From Sphyrna mokarran (lineage: Eukaryota), in NCBI GenBank assembly GCA_024679065.1, contig JAGIQG010000009.1, positions 91,450,001-91,514,000 of the forward strand: 64,000 nt of DNA. The letters are read 5' to 3'. The notes under the pieces are model-generated. The model did not search any database, had not been told where the DNA came from, and worked only from the letters and a program-made list of their open reading frames with translations. The position numbers and the translations under genes are program-made. This document shows positions 51,360 to 64,000 of this stretch, piece after piece (the stretch's first letter is position 1; each line of letters starts with the position of its first letter).

Positions 51360-51790
51360 GATTTCACCATCCTCCCCTCTCAATCAGCACCCCCTCCCCG
51401 ATCACCATTCTTTCCACAATCACCACTCTCCCCTCCCGAACGCTACCACTCATCCCAATCAGCTCTCCTCCTCGATCACCAACCCCTTTCCCCAATCACT
51501 ATCCTCTCCCCTGATTAGCACCTCCCTGATCACTACTCCCTCCCCAGTCACCAGCCTCCCCAGAACACTAACCCTCCTCCCAATCACCACCCCCTTCTCG
51601 ATCACCACTCCTCTCCCTAGTTACCATCCCTCTCCCCAATCATCACCCCCCTCCCGATCACCACCACCCCCCTTCACTATCACCACCCTTTCTCCCCAGT
51701 CACCACCCCCCTTCACGATCACCTCCCCTTTTCCCCAATTACAGTCCTCTCCTCCCAATCCGCACCCATAAAGAGCCACCTCCAGAAAAC
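51360..51790. repeat. Degenerate C-rich ~17-18 bp repeat (ATCACCACCCCCTCCCC-like)
   Basis: Recurring aTCACCAC plus C/T runs immediately 5' (gene sense) of the gene B alpha1 acceptor. Confidence 0.75.
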
Positions 51791-51914
51791 CACTCCAAAT
51801 GGGGCAACAGCCCAGAGCTTAGGCCAGTAATATTGTGTGAGTGAGGTTGTGTGAGCGGCTGTCAGTGTCTGTGTACTGGTACACAGGACCAGTGACAAGT
51901 GCTGAAAGATAAAT

Positions 51915-54640
51915 GAGAATGCCAAAACTGGGGATGGAGTCTCCGAGCTGCATCTCCTCACTACCTTTGAGGAGTGCTGTGGGGCTAGTAGGGAAGGGTG
52001 AGGAGGGAATGGTCACTGACAGCCAGGTCAGGGTTCACCATGGAAATGAGCATTTCCAAAACCCTCGTTCAAATGTCTCATTCTGGGTAAGTGTCATACT
52101 GCCCAGACACTTGTCCCTTATTATTCCACTCGAATACAAGGAAAGTAGAAAGAAACTTAAGCAAGGAGTAAGGGGGGACTAAAAGGGGCCATTAAAAAGC
52201 ATTGGCCAAAAGAGTTAAGGAAAATCCCAAGGCTTTTTATACATATGTAAAGAGCAAGAGGGTTGCCAGTGAAAGGATTGGCCCACTCGAGGACAAGGGA
52301 GGGAATGTATGTGTGGAGCCAGAGGAAATGGACGAGGTATTAAATGAATACTTTGCATCAGTATTCACTGAAAAGAAGGACTTTGTGGATGGTGAGTCTG
52401 AGAAAAGATGTGCAGATTGTTTGAACTATGTTGAGATCAAAAAGGAGAAGGTATTGGGGTTCTTGAGAGAATTAAAGTAGACAAGTCACCAGAGCCAGAA
52501 TACTGAGAGAGGCAAGGGAGGAAATGGCTGGGTCCTTGAGAGAAATCTTTGGCTACAGGGGAGGTTCCAAAGGATTGGAGGATAGCCAATGTCGGTCCTC
52601 TGTTTAAGAAGGGTAGCAAAAATAATCCAGGTAATTACAGGCTGGATCATCAGTGGCCGGGAAGTTACTGGAGAGGATTCTTTGAGACAGGATTTATTCC
52701 CACTTGGAAATAAGTGGGCATATTACTAAGAGGCAACATGGTTTTGTGAAGGGGGGGGTCGTGTCTCACAAACTTGATCGAGTTTTTCGTGGAAGTGACG
52801 AAGATGATTGAAGAGGGTAGGGCAGTAGATGTTGTCTACTTGGACTTCAGTAAGGTCCTTGACAGGATCCCTCATGGCAGATTGGTGCAGAAGGTGATCA
52901 GAGGTGAGCTGGCAACTTGGATACAAAACAGGTTTGGTCAAAGACAGAGGGTAGCAGTGGAAGGAAGCATTTCTGAATGGAGGGCTGTCCTCTGACACCT
53001 ATGTTGTTTATAAAATATATAAACGATTTGGAAGAAAATGTAACTGATTTGCTTAGTAAACTTACGGACAACAAAAATGTTTTGCGGAGAGCGATGAGGA
53101 CCATCAGAGGATACAGCAGGGTATAGATCAATTGGAGACTTGCACAGAGAAATGGCAGATGGAGTTTAATCCAGACAAATGTGAGGTAATACATTTTGGA
53201 AAGTCTAATATAGATAGGAAATATACAGTCAATGGCAGAACCCTTAAGAGTATTGATAGGCAGAGGGATCTGAATGTACAGGTACACAGGTCACTGAAAG
53301 TAGAGAAGGGAGTCAAGAAGTCGTGCAGAATGCTTGCCTTCATCGGCTGGGGTATTGGATTTAAAAATTGGCAAGTCATGTTGACAGTTTATAGAACCAT
53401 AGTTAGGCCGCACTTGGAATATGGTGTACAATCCTGATTGCCACACGACTGGACGAACGTGGAGGCTTTGGAGAGGGTACAGAAAAGATTTACCAGAATG
53501 TTACCTGGTATGGAGAGCATTAACTGTGAGAAGAGGTTGGAGAAACTTGGTTTGTCCTCACTGGAACAACAGATGTTGAAGGGTGATCCTGATAGAAGTC
53601 TACAAGTTTATAAGAGACATGGATAGAGTGGATAGTCAGAAGCTTTCTCCCAAGGTGGATGAGTCAATTACTAGGGGGCACAGGTTTAAGGTGCGAAGGA
53701 CAAGGTGTTAGGTGATTAAGAAGGCAAATGCAATGATGGCCTTTATAGCTAGGGTGCTAGAATATAAAAGGAGGGAGGTATTTTTGCAGCTGTATAGGGT
53801 ACTGGTGAGGCTGCAGCTGGAGTATTGTGTGCATTCGAGGAAGGATATATTGGCCTTGGAGGGGGTGCAGAGAAGGTTCACTAGGCTGATACCGGAGATG
53901 AAGGAGTTGGATTATGAGGAGAGACTAAATAGGCTAGGTTTGTATTCTTTGGAGTTTAGAAGGCTGAGAGGGGATCTTATTAGAGACATATAAGATAATG
54001 AAGGGGATGGATAGGGTATAGGTTGAGACACTCTTCCTGCTTAACAAAGGTAGCAGGACTAGAGGGCACAGCCTCAAGATTGGGGGTGTCGGCGGGGGGA
54101 GCGTTCAGATCAGAGTTGAGGAGGAATTTCTTTGCTCAAAAGATAGTGAATTTTTGGAATTCTCTGCCTGATGAAGTGGTGAAGGCTTCCTCACTGAATA
54201 TGTTCGAGTCAAGAGTGAATAGGTTTTTGATTGACAAGAGAATTAAGAATTATGGGGAGAAAGCGGGAAAGTAGTACTGAACCACTGCAGATCAGCCATG
54301 ATCTTATTGAATGGCGGGGCAGGCTCGAGGGGCTAGATGTCCTACTCCTGCTCTTATTTCTTATGTTCTTATGTTCTTAAAGGAGATATATGAAGCAGAT
54401 ATTTTATACAGAGAGTGATGGGTGCCTGGATCTTTTTGCTGGGGGAAGTATTGGAAGCGGATACTGTACTGACTTTTCAGAAGTGTCTTGACAAATAGAT
54501 GAAAATCAAATAGATGGAAATAGAGGGATGTGGTCCCAGAAGAGTAGGGAGTTTTAGTTCAGTCGGGCAGTATGATCAGTGCAGGCTTGGAGGGCCAAAG
54601 GGCCTGTTCCTGTGCTCTAATTTTCTTTTGTTCTACTCTT
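51915..54640 (+). mobile_element. Nested decayed CR1 LINEs
   Basis: VKENPKAFYTY, YLDFSKVLDRIPH, FNPDKCEVIHFG; second CR1 (53710-54378) nested in the 3' end of the first. Confidence 0.88.
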
Positions 54641-54933
54641 GACTGAACCTTGTGTTATCTGTTACAGGAAATGATCCAGATGCATTAAACCCTCCCACTC
54701 CGCTCCTCCTAAGATGCACAATGGCAGCTGGAAGAAAACCTCGGAGGAAGGCCCTGAGGAAATCGTCAAGCTCAGCATTTGTCAATTGACACCAGCTTCC
54801 ACCACACAATCCACCAGCGCAGATACGATCAGCTCAGTGGGACAAGTTAGTGCTGAGGCTTCTGGGTCACTTACTGGTGGGCACCACATAGCCTTTAATC
54901 TACATCGGGTGAAGGTGGGAACGGCTCAGGCAC

Positions 54934-56157
54934 ACATAGAACATAGAACATTACAGCGCAGAACGGGCCCTTTGGTCTTCGATGTTGCGCCGACCAATTA
55001 AGAAAAGGCAATGACCCTCTAACTTAAACCATTCCCTTTTCATCCATAAACTTATCTACTAACCTCTTAAACGCCACCAAACGTGGCGCATCTACAACTG
55101 CAGCAGGCAGGGCATTCCATACCCTTACCACCCTCTGGGTAAAGAACCTACCTCTGACATCCATCCTATAACTATCACCCCTTAATTTAAAGCTACGTCC
55201 CCTTGTGCTAGCTTTCTCCATCCTAGGAAAAAGGCTGTCACTGTCCACCCTATCTAAACCTCTAATCATCTTATCTGTTTCAATAAGGTCTCCTCTTAGC
55301 TGACTTCTTTCTAACGAAAACAACATCAAATCCCTCAGCCTCTCTTCATAAGACCTGCCCTCCATACCAGGCAACATCCTGGTAAACCTCCTCTGTACCT
55401 TCTCCAATGCCTCCATATCTTTTTTATAACGTGGGGACCAGAACTGCACACAATACTCCAAGTGTGGCCGCGATAGAGTTTTGTACAGTTGCAACATGAC
55501 GTTGTGGCTCTGAAATTCAATCCCCCTACCAATAAAAACTAAGACTCCGTATGCCTTCTTAACAACCTTATCGACTTGATTGCCAACTTTCAGGGATCTA
55601 TGCACACATACACCAAGATCCCTCTGTTCATCAACACTATTAAGAGTCCTACCATTAGCCCTATACTCTACACATTTGTTATTCCTGCCAAAGTGAATTA
55701 CCTCACACTTTTCCACATTAAACTCAATTTGCCACCTCTCGGCCCAGCTCTGCAACTTGTCCAAGTCTCTCTGCAAACTATAACACCCCTTTTCACTATC
55801 TACCACTCCTCCGACTTTGGTGTCATCCACAAACTTACTAATCCATCCTTCAATACCCTCATCCCGATCATTTATAAAAATTACAAACAGCAGGGGCCCC
55901 AAAACAGATCCCTGAGGTACACCACTTGTAACCAAACTCCATGATGAATAATTCCCAACAACCACCACCCTCTGTCTTCTATCAGCTAGCCAATTCCTGA
56001 TCCAATTAGCTAAATCACCCTCAATCCCATACATCTGCATTTTCTGCAAAATCCTTCCATGGGGCACCTTATCGAATGCCTTACTAAAGTCCATATATAC
56101 CACATCAACTGCCTTACCCTTATCCACCTCTTTGGTCACTTTTTCAAAAAACTCAAT
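54934..56157 (-). mobile_element. Young 5'-truncated CR1 with an uninterrupted 371-aa RT/C-terminal ORF
   Basis: ORF 55024-56139: [41 protein letters not shown]; (catagaa)n tail. Confidence 0.95.
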
Positions 56158-56159
56158 AA

Positions 56160-57900
56160 TGGAGTTCTTCCAGAGCTAAGGATGCATCTGGCCCCAAGCC
56201 AAGTGCTAGGCCTCTGGGATCGGTCATCCCAAAATTGCTGGAGCTCCATCAGCAGCAATGGTGGAGGGACTGTCAGCAACACTGCATCAGCTGTGAGGCT
56301 TTTGGAGGAATCTAACAGATTTCTGTCACAGGAGGTGGTACCGGTACAGTATGGTACTCAGACTAACACTGCAAGGGTCGCATCCACAGTGGAAAGCCTG
56401 GGGTAAGGATTGGTCACCATGGTTGACAGGGTGCAGACCATCCTGGAGACACAGCCATGGCTGCGAGCCTCAAACTTGATCCAGTCTCAGGGGGCATCAC
56501 TGAGGGATTGTACACCATGGGGCAGATGTAGTTGGGGATTCCAGGACTGACAGAGCCAGGTGATGCTGAGGCTTTTGGAGATGACTCCAGCTGGCCACCG
56601 TCCCATGGAGTATCCCCAATACATATGGGCACACTGAGAGAGGAAGGAGGTTTGGAGCCCATGCTGGGGCCTTCCACCCAGGAGACATCAGTCATTAGAC
56701 CTTCTGATTCCATCCCCATGCTGACCGCACACAAAGAGGCACAGAATGTCATGCTGTGTGACAGAGTGACTGTACGTTTATATCCGAGACCCACACTCAT
56801 ATGTGTGCCCAGGTGCCAGTGTAAACAGAGAGGGCAGGTAGGATTCAGATTTGTGTGGCACTAGGGCAGCCTCACAGTGTGCTGCAGAGTGAGGCATCAT
56901 CACCCTCCTGCCTGGACCCAGGACTCACTAGCATGCCTTGCCCACTCCCATCACCCTGGTGTGATGCCATTTGGATTCTTGTCCCCACCAGCTATCCCGG
57001 CAGCCTGAGCTGGTCCTCAAAGAGCCTGGGAGTGTCCGAACTACAGAGCATGTAGCTGTTGTACACACACTCCCTGGGTGTTGTACACACACGTACATGA
57101 TATTCAGCCTGTGATCACAGACAATCTGCACATTCAGGAAGTGGAACCCCTTCCTATTGATGAAGTGCAGTCCCTGATCATGTGGGATCCACTGGATAAT
57201 GTGAATGCCATCTCCAGCCCTCTGCACATGGGCAGAGCAGTGATGGTTGTAAAAACTGCAGCCCGGGCTTCCTGTTGGGCCTGATCCATGTTGAAGTGGA
57301 TGTAATTGGCTAGATTCCTGGAAGGATCTGGTGGTGTAGAAGTTGAGGGCACTGTGACTTTCACTGCCACTGGGAGTGGGTGTCCTCCTGTGCCTCGAGT
57401 TCCCAGGTCTGAGGAGCTGAAACAGGTGCCACACTGTCTCCTTACTGAGACGGAGCCGACAGCATCATGTGGCTTCCATCATCCCTGCAAAGCATCTACA
57501 AGTCCTGTACACCCTAAGCCTCCACCTCCTCCTTCCCCCGCCCCCCTCCCCTGTGGCAGGATGTACTGCCATGTCCTGGCCCTGACCGGCAGCCCTCTGC
57601 CCTCCTGCTGTGGCTTCTGGCTCTGTTTGGCCTTGAGTGGTCGGACATCTCCCTCCTCCTCCCTCCTCAGTGACCGCTATAATGATGGCCATTTCTATCG
57701 CTGCCAATCCAAAATCCATATCTGCACGGCGCGGGGGGGATGGCGGGGGGTCAAGTTGTAGACTGACAGGGAGGTAGAAATATTTAGTACACTTACCCAC
57801 CCCAGGCCCCTCCCATGCCCTCCCAGTAACCAGCATACCCATGAGTCTGGGCACTGGCAACTCAACACAGTGCCATGAGTCATCTAAATGGGTTGCCTAC
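56160..57900 (-). mobile_element. PIF/Harbinger relic, copy B (transposase plus possible convergent second-ORF remnants at 54670-54930 and 56160-56760)
   Basis: FINRKGFHFLNVQIVCDHRLNIMYVCVQHPGSV; the plus-strand coding-like remnant is split by a young CR1. Confidence 0.8.
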
Positions 57901-59939
57901 TGTTGACATCCTGGCCACGGCATGCAGGGAGGGCATAGGAGTGGGTTTGCCAGGCTACCCATTGCAGACCTTTGAGGCTTGGGTATGGGTGCTATCACCG
58001 CAGTACCATCCAGGTACATGTTGCATTTCAGACAGTCGGGACAGGGGCAGCCTCGTGACTATCACAGGATGGGTTCCCATCGCAGGCAGCAGTGCAGAGT
58101 CCAGGCAGTGTGAAGAACCATGTTAACAACTGCACAGCTCCTGTGCTTGGAGCAGCAGCTGACAGAGCTGCTGTCTGTTACTGTTACTGGGCCCTGGGAT
58201 ACAAGGTCTGGAGTCAGCCGCAGTGCCTGTCCAGCAGACAGACAGCAAAACAAACAGGTCAATATTTGTGGGTTGGTGATGAACATTATGTGGCACCTTT
58301 CGGGGATCTCTGTGTAGCCAGGGGAAATGTGTGCACCATGAACCTGCTGCAAGTGGTGACTCCCAGCACTGGTCCCCCTGGGGGAGGAGGTGGTGTAGTG
58401 GCCCTGTCGCTGGACTAATCCAGAGACCCAGGGGAATACTCTGGGTTCCTGGATTCGAATCCCACCACGGCAATGATGAAATTTGAATTCAATAGAAGCC
58501 TGGAATTAAAAATCTAATGGTGACCAGAAACTGTTATCTATTGTCACAAATACCCATCTGGCTCACTAATGTCCTTTAGGAAAGAAAATCTGCCATCCTT
58601 ACCTGGTCTGTTCTACATTAGACTCCAGACCCACAGCAATGTGGTTGAGTCTTAAATGCTCTCAGGAATGGGTAATAAATGCTGGCCCAGCCAGTGACAC
58701 CCACACCCCAGGAACAAATAAAAACTCCCCCACCCCACCCCAACAACATTGCAGCCCCTGAGTATCCGGTGCCCCGTTTCCCCTGAACTCCGGGGGGCTG
58801 CCGCTCAATGGGACTTTCCTCCTCACTCTCCTTCGCTATTGCTGCCCCAGGCCCAGACTTTTATAAACTATCTGTGATTCATGCTGGAGTGACGTCACAC
58901 TGGAGAGGAGGGAAAGGTACGGGAGGGGGAAAAGGGCCGTGCCAAACTCTAATGATATGTAAACATATTCAAATCCATGGAAATTGACAACCTGCCAGAA
59001 AATATGGGCTGGGAGAATCCCAAACCACCTGATGCCAGGCGCAAATTTGATTGTTTGGCTCACGGCCCATTTCCTGTCTCGCTACACCAACAAACCATAA
59101 TAGTCGGGTGGAAAGCTCATAGCACTAAGGACCCAGGTTCAATTCCCACTTGGGTCACTGTCTGTATGGAATTTATATGATCTCCCCATGTGTACCTCGG
59201 TTTATTCCAGGTGCTCTGGTTTCTTTCCACAGTCCAAAATGTGCAGGTTAATGAATGGCCATGGTAAATTGCCCCTTAGTGTTAGGAGTACTAGCCAGGG
59301 TAAATGCATGGGGTCATAGGGATAGGGCTTGGATGGGATTGTGATCAGTGCAGACTTGATGGGCCGAAAGGCCTCCTTCTGCACTGTAAGGATTCTGTGA
59401 TTCTATGAGGGAGATGGACAATCCAGAGTAGGATCTTCACTGACCTTCACAGAGCTTTTTAATTCCCCTTTATACATGCTCACGAGTATACACTCAGTTT
59501 GGAAAAGTCTAAGAATCACCAGGCAGGAATATTCCGATTTAAATTTCACTCCCAGCTGTGGCTGCCTGGAAACACTCTCACCTCTGACTCAGTATGTTCT
59601 GGATTGAAGCTCCCATTCCAGAGACTGGGCTGCACACACACTGTATTACTGACAGAATGCTGCACTGTCAGAGGATCAATCCTGAGGGAGAACTTTCCTC
59701 ACAGATTAATGGAATAGATCCTGGGACAGAGCAGGGCGATCAGAAACTGGATCAATACTGATCCCTGAGACAACATCATCCATGTAGATTGCCTAATCAG
59801 AGTTTCCTGCACCATAACAGTGAGGACACTAGAAAAGGTATTTCATTGGCTGGAAAGAGCTTTGGTGCATCCTGGTGTTGTGAAGTCTTTCTGTCTCTGC
59901 TTTCTCTCTCACACCTTTTGTCAAAATACATTGTCAATT

Positions 59940-62900
59940 TTGGAATCTGACCTCACATTCACCAACATTGTACTCCATCTGCCAGACCCTCGCCCACTCA
60001 CCTAGATTATCTATATCCCTTTGCAGACTTTCAGCATCCTCTGCACACTTTGCTCTTCCATCCATCTTAGTGTCATCTGTGATTTTTGACAGACTACACT
60101 TGGTCTCCAACTCCAAATCATCCACGTAAATTGTAAACAATTGTGCAATACTGATCCCTGACCACTAGTCACTGATCACAGAAAAACACCCATTTACCCC
60201 CACTCTTTGCTGTCTGTTAGTTAACCACTCCTCCATCCATGCTAATACATTACCTGTAACACTGTGCATCTTTATCTTATGTAGCAATCTTTGGTTCGGA
60301 ATCTTGTCAAATATCTTCTGGAAATACAGATATATCACATCCACAGGTTCCCCATTGTCCACTGCACATGTAATGTTTTCAAAGAATTTCACCAAATTAG
60401 TCAAACATGACCTGCCCTTCATGAACCCAAGCTGTGTCTTACCAATGGGACTATTTATATCCAGATGTCTCGCTATTTCTTCCTTGATGATAGATTCAAG
60501 CACTTTTCGTAGTACAGAAGTTAAGTTAACTGGCCTATAGTTGCTTATCTTTTGTCTACCTCCTTTTTGAACAGTGGTGTCACATTTGCTGTTTTCCAAT
60601 CTCCAGGAACAATCCCAGAATCCAGGGAATTTTGGTTAATTAGAACGAGTGCACTTGCTATTTCTCTCGCCATCTCTTCTAGTTTCCTGGGATGCATTCC
60701 ATCAGGACCAGGAATCCTGTCTATCTTTAGCCCCATTAACTTGCCCAACACCACGTCGTTCATGATAATGATAGTTTCTAGGTTCTCACCTGTCATAGCC
60801 TTCCTGTCATCAATTTTTGGCATGTTATTTGTGTCTTCCAGTGTGAAGACCCACACAAAATACCACTCAATGCCTCAGTCTTTTTCTCATTTCCAGTTAT
60901 TACATATCTCTTCTCATCCTCTAAAGGATTCATGTTTACTTTCACCACTCTTTTTCAGTTTTATATTTATAGAAACGTTTACTCTCTGTTTTTAATATTC
61001 TGAGCTAGTTTACCCTCATTCTCCATATTACCTTTCTTTAGCTTTTCTCATGACTTTCTATTGATCTTTAAAGATTTCTCCATCCTCCAGTTTCTCACTA
61101 ATCTTTGCCATTTTGTCTGCATTTTCTTTCAATTTGATTCCCTCCTTTATTTCCTCAAATATCTATGGCTGATTATCTCTTTTTCTACAGTCCTTCCTTA
61201 TCACTGATGTATACTTTTGATCAGCACTGGGAAAGATCATTTTGAAAGTCCTCCACTGTTCCTCAATTATCCCAGTATAAAGTTTTTGCTCCCAGTTTAC
61301 CTTAACCATTCCTGACTCATCCCTTTATTGTCTCCTTTGTTTAAGCACAAGACATTGGTGTTGGATTTTACCTTTTCACAGAATTTAAATCTGTATTTTA
61401 AATTCAACCGTGCTGTGATCACTTCTTCCAAGAGAATCCCTAACTGTGAGATCATTAATCATTGCCATCCCATTACACAGGATGAGATCGAGGATAGCTT
61501 GCTCCCTTATCAGTTCCATTACATACTATTCAAGGAAGCTATCGTGGATACATTCTATGATGCTGCCTTGACCGACCTGGTTTGACCAATTGATATGTAG
61601 ATTAAAATCTCCCATGATAATTGCTGTACCATTTTTACATCCATCAGTTTTTTTTGTTTATTTCTCACTCCTCCATGATGTCATTATTTGTAGGTTTATA
61701 GACTACGCCAATCAGTCACTTTTTCTCTTTACTATTTCTAATTTCCACCTAAATGGATTCAACCATTTTTCCATCGAACCTGTATCATTTTTCATTACCG
61801 CTCTGATATCATCCTTAAATATCACAGCTACCCTTACCTTCCTGTCTGTCCCTCTGAACAGTTTGATATCCCTGGATATTCAACTCCCAGTCGTGACCAT
61901 CCTAGAACTCTGTCTCTGTAATGGCCACCAAATCATACTCATTCACAATGACTTGTACTGTCAATTCATTTACCTTGTTTTGAATGCAACAAGCATTCTG
62001 ATAAAGTGGTCTTGTGCTTGTTTTTGTACCTTCTTTATGAATTCTAACACTTTCATTAATAACATCTCTTCAGTTCTCCTTCCTTTTAACTTTTCTCCTG
62101 ATTTTTGATGTAGTTGGAAACTTCTGCCCATTTTTTGCGCTTGCTCTCTCCTTCTCGGACTCTTTACATAGGTTCCCAGCACTCTGGCATTATTAGTTTA
62201 AACACTCCCGAGCTGCTCTAGCAAACCCTTAGACATCAGTCCCAGTCCTATCCAGGTGTAATCTGTCCAATTTATACAGGTCCCACTTCTTTCAGAACTA
62301 GTCCCAATGCCCCAGGAATCTGAAACCCTTTCCCTGATATCATCTCTTCAGCCATGTATTTATCCAATATTTCCTCTCATTTCTAATCTGACTAACACAT
62401 GGCACCGCTAACAATCCTGAAATCACTACCTTTAAGATCCGATTTCTTAACTTTCTTCCCAGGTCGCTGTATTCTGCTTTTAGGACCTCATCCCTTTTTT
62501 TAAATCTATGTCACTTGTCCCAACATATATGATGACCACGGCCTATTTGCCCTTCCCGTTCACAATGTCCTGCAGCCGCTCCGAGACATCCTTGACCCTA
62601 ACACCAGGGAGGCAACATACCAAGCTGGAGTCTCATTTGCAGCGACAGAAATGCTTGTCTATTGCCCTTACAATTGAATCCCCTATAACTATTGCACTGG
62701 CATACTTTTTACCCCTCCCCTCTGTGACACAACCAACCTTGGTGCAACGAGTTTAGCTGCTGCTGCTTTCCCTAGAGAGATCATTCCCCTCAACAGTATC
62801 CAAAGTGGTATACCTATTTTACAGGGGAATGGTCACTGGAGATTCCTGCACTACCTGCCTATCTCTCTTGCTCTGTCTGGTGGTCACCCATTCTTTTCCT

Positions 62901-63160
62901 GCCTGTGGAGTCTGAGCCTGCGGTGTGACCAACTCCCTATACCTGCTATCCACAATACTCTCTGACTCACAGATGCTCCACAGTGTCTCCAGCCGCCACT
63001 CCAGTTCTGAAACTCGAGCTTCCAGGAGCTGTAGCTGGAGACATTTCCCTACACATACTGACTCAGGAGACTGGAACTGTCCCCAGTCTGTCACATGGAG
63101 CAAGAGGAGTAAACCACTGCTTGGAGCTCTCCTGTCATGTCTTACCCCTTTCAACTAAAC
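59940..63160 (-). mobile_element. Long decayed CR1 (ORF1 plus ORF2 N-terminal half)
   Basis: NYRPVNLTSV, PGPDGMHPRKL, ORF1 CGKCLQLQLLEARVSELE-like fragment. Confidence 0.88.
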
Positions 63161-63443
63161 TTCTGAAAGATCTTTTGTTTCAGACATATACAATTTTCTT
63201 TCTTGCTTGCTCCTTGTTATTACCGAGTACAACCTTTTCAAACTAAAAACCACAGAAATTAACAGAAACACTATAATAGTGTACAACAACTACAATGCCA
63301 AGAGCAAAAAAGAAAAAAATATTTATCAATCAGCACTCTCACTTGCAGCCTCACTTAACTCCTGGGTTCACCTAACTCCCTGCGTTCATCCAACTCCCAA
63401 AGCACTCCTCACAGTCAGACAGCACTCTGTGCAGGAAAAATAT

Positions 63444-63677
63444 GATGTGGAGATGTCGGCGCTCGACTGGGTTAAACACAGTAAGAAGTCTCACAAAACC
63501 AAGTTAAAGTCCAACAGGTTTATTTCATAGTAAACGTCCTTCACCAGGTGATTGCAGAATTCTGAGTGGAGAACTCTCCATTCACCTGACAAAAGAATAA
63601 TGTTCTGAAAGCTAGTGGCATTTACTCTCAAATAAACCTGTTGGATTTTAACCTTGTGTTATGAGACTTCTTACAGC
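63444..63677. mobile_element. Small Penelope-derived foldback insertion
   Basis: Ends are inverted pLTR sequences; flanked by AAAAATA on both sides; absent at the paralogous site 32105-32115. Confidence 0.8.
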
Positions 63678-64000
63678 AAAAATACAACAGTGAGCTAGGG
63701 CTCTCTTTGGTACTACAAAGTATTTGGTTACTAAATCTCCTGTGTTATCTACAGCTCTGCCTGCCAATGTTTAATGGCTCCATATCTGCCAGAATCACTC
63801 ATTTACTGTTAATATATTTCGATAAACTTTTACCAATCGTCTTTACATTACCTACACATTTTCACAATGTCCTTTATCTCAATTTAATCTTTCTGTTCCT
63901 CCATCATTCCCTCTGTTTCTGGACATTTCCACTTTAGTTGCTTCAAGCTTCTCTGATCTGGGTGTTTTGAACATACAAACATAGAGCAGGAGTTGGCCAT

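Larger units (their letters stand above)
56770..64000 (+). repeat. Segmental duplication block paralogous to ~27790-32480
   Basis: Paired near-identical ORFs (28318/57306, 28885/57875, 29133/58123, 31192/62508, 32156/63707). Confidence 0.92.

Overview
Vertebrate genomic DNA, most likely a shark or other cartilaginous fish (inferred from the CR1, Penelope, Harbinger and SINE content and the class I protein style). The window covers about two units of a ~30-35 kb tandem segmental duplication. Each unit carries a minus-strand, non-classical MHC class I heavy-chain gene. Gene A appears intact (~340 aa): leader at 32710-32761 or 34068-34119, alpha1 15412-15672, alpha2 8076-8351, alpha3 7680-7958, TM 7207-7317, cytoplasmic 6757-6800. 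Gene B (alpha1 51032-51292 to tail 37706; leader probably just past the window end) has three lesions: a dead alpha1 splice donor, a nonsense codon in alpha2 and a 1-nt deletion in the TM exon. Both genes lack the canonical alpha2 C101-C164 disulfide and most N-terminal peptide-anchor residues. Gene B intron 2 is almost entirely an ~11.5 kb G-rich, quasi-palindromic 35-bp minisatellite. The 5' region of gene A is a mosaic of three leader/promoter modules, one with a recognisable S-X-Y (MHC enhanceosome) arrangement. The rest is decayed CR1 LINEs, a Penelope-like element with hammerhead relics, Harbinger transposase relics, tRNA-derived SINEs and simple repeats. All alignments and counts were done by eye; no database search was run.
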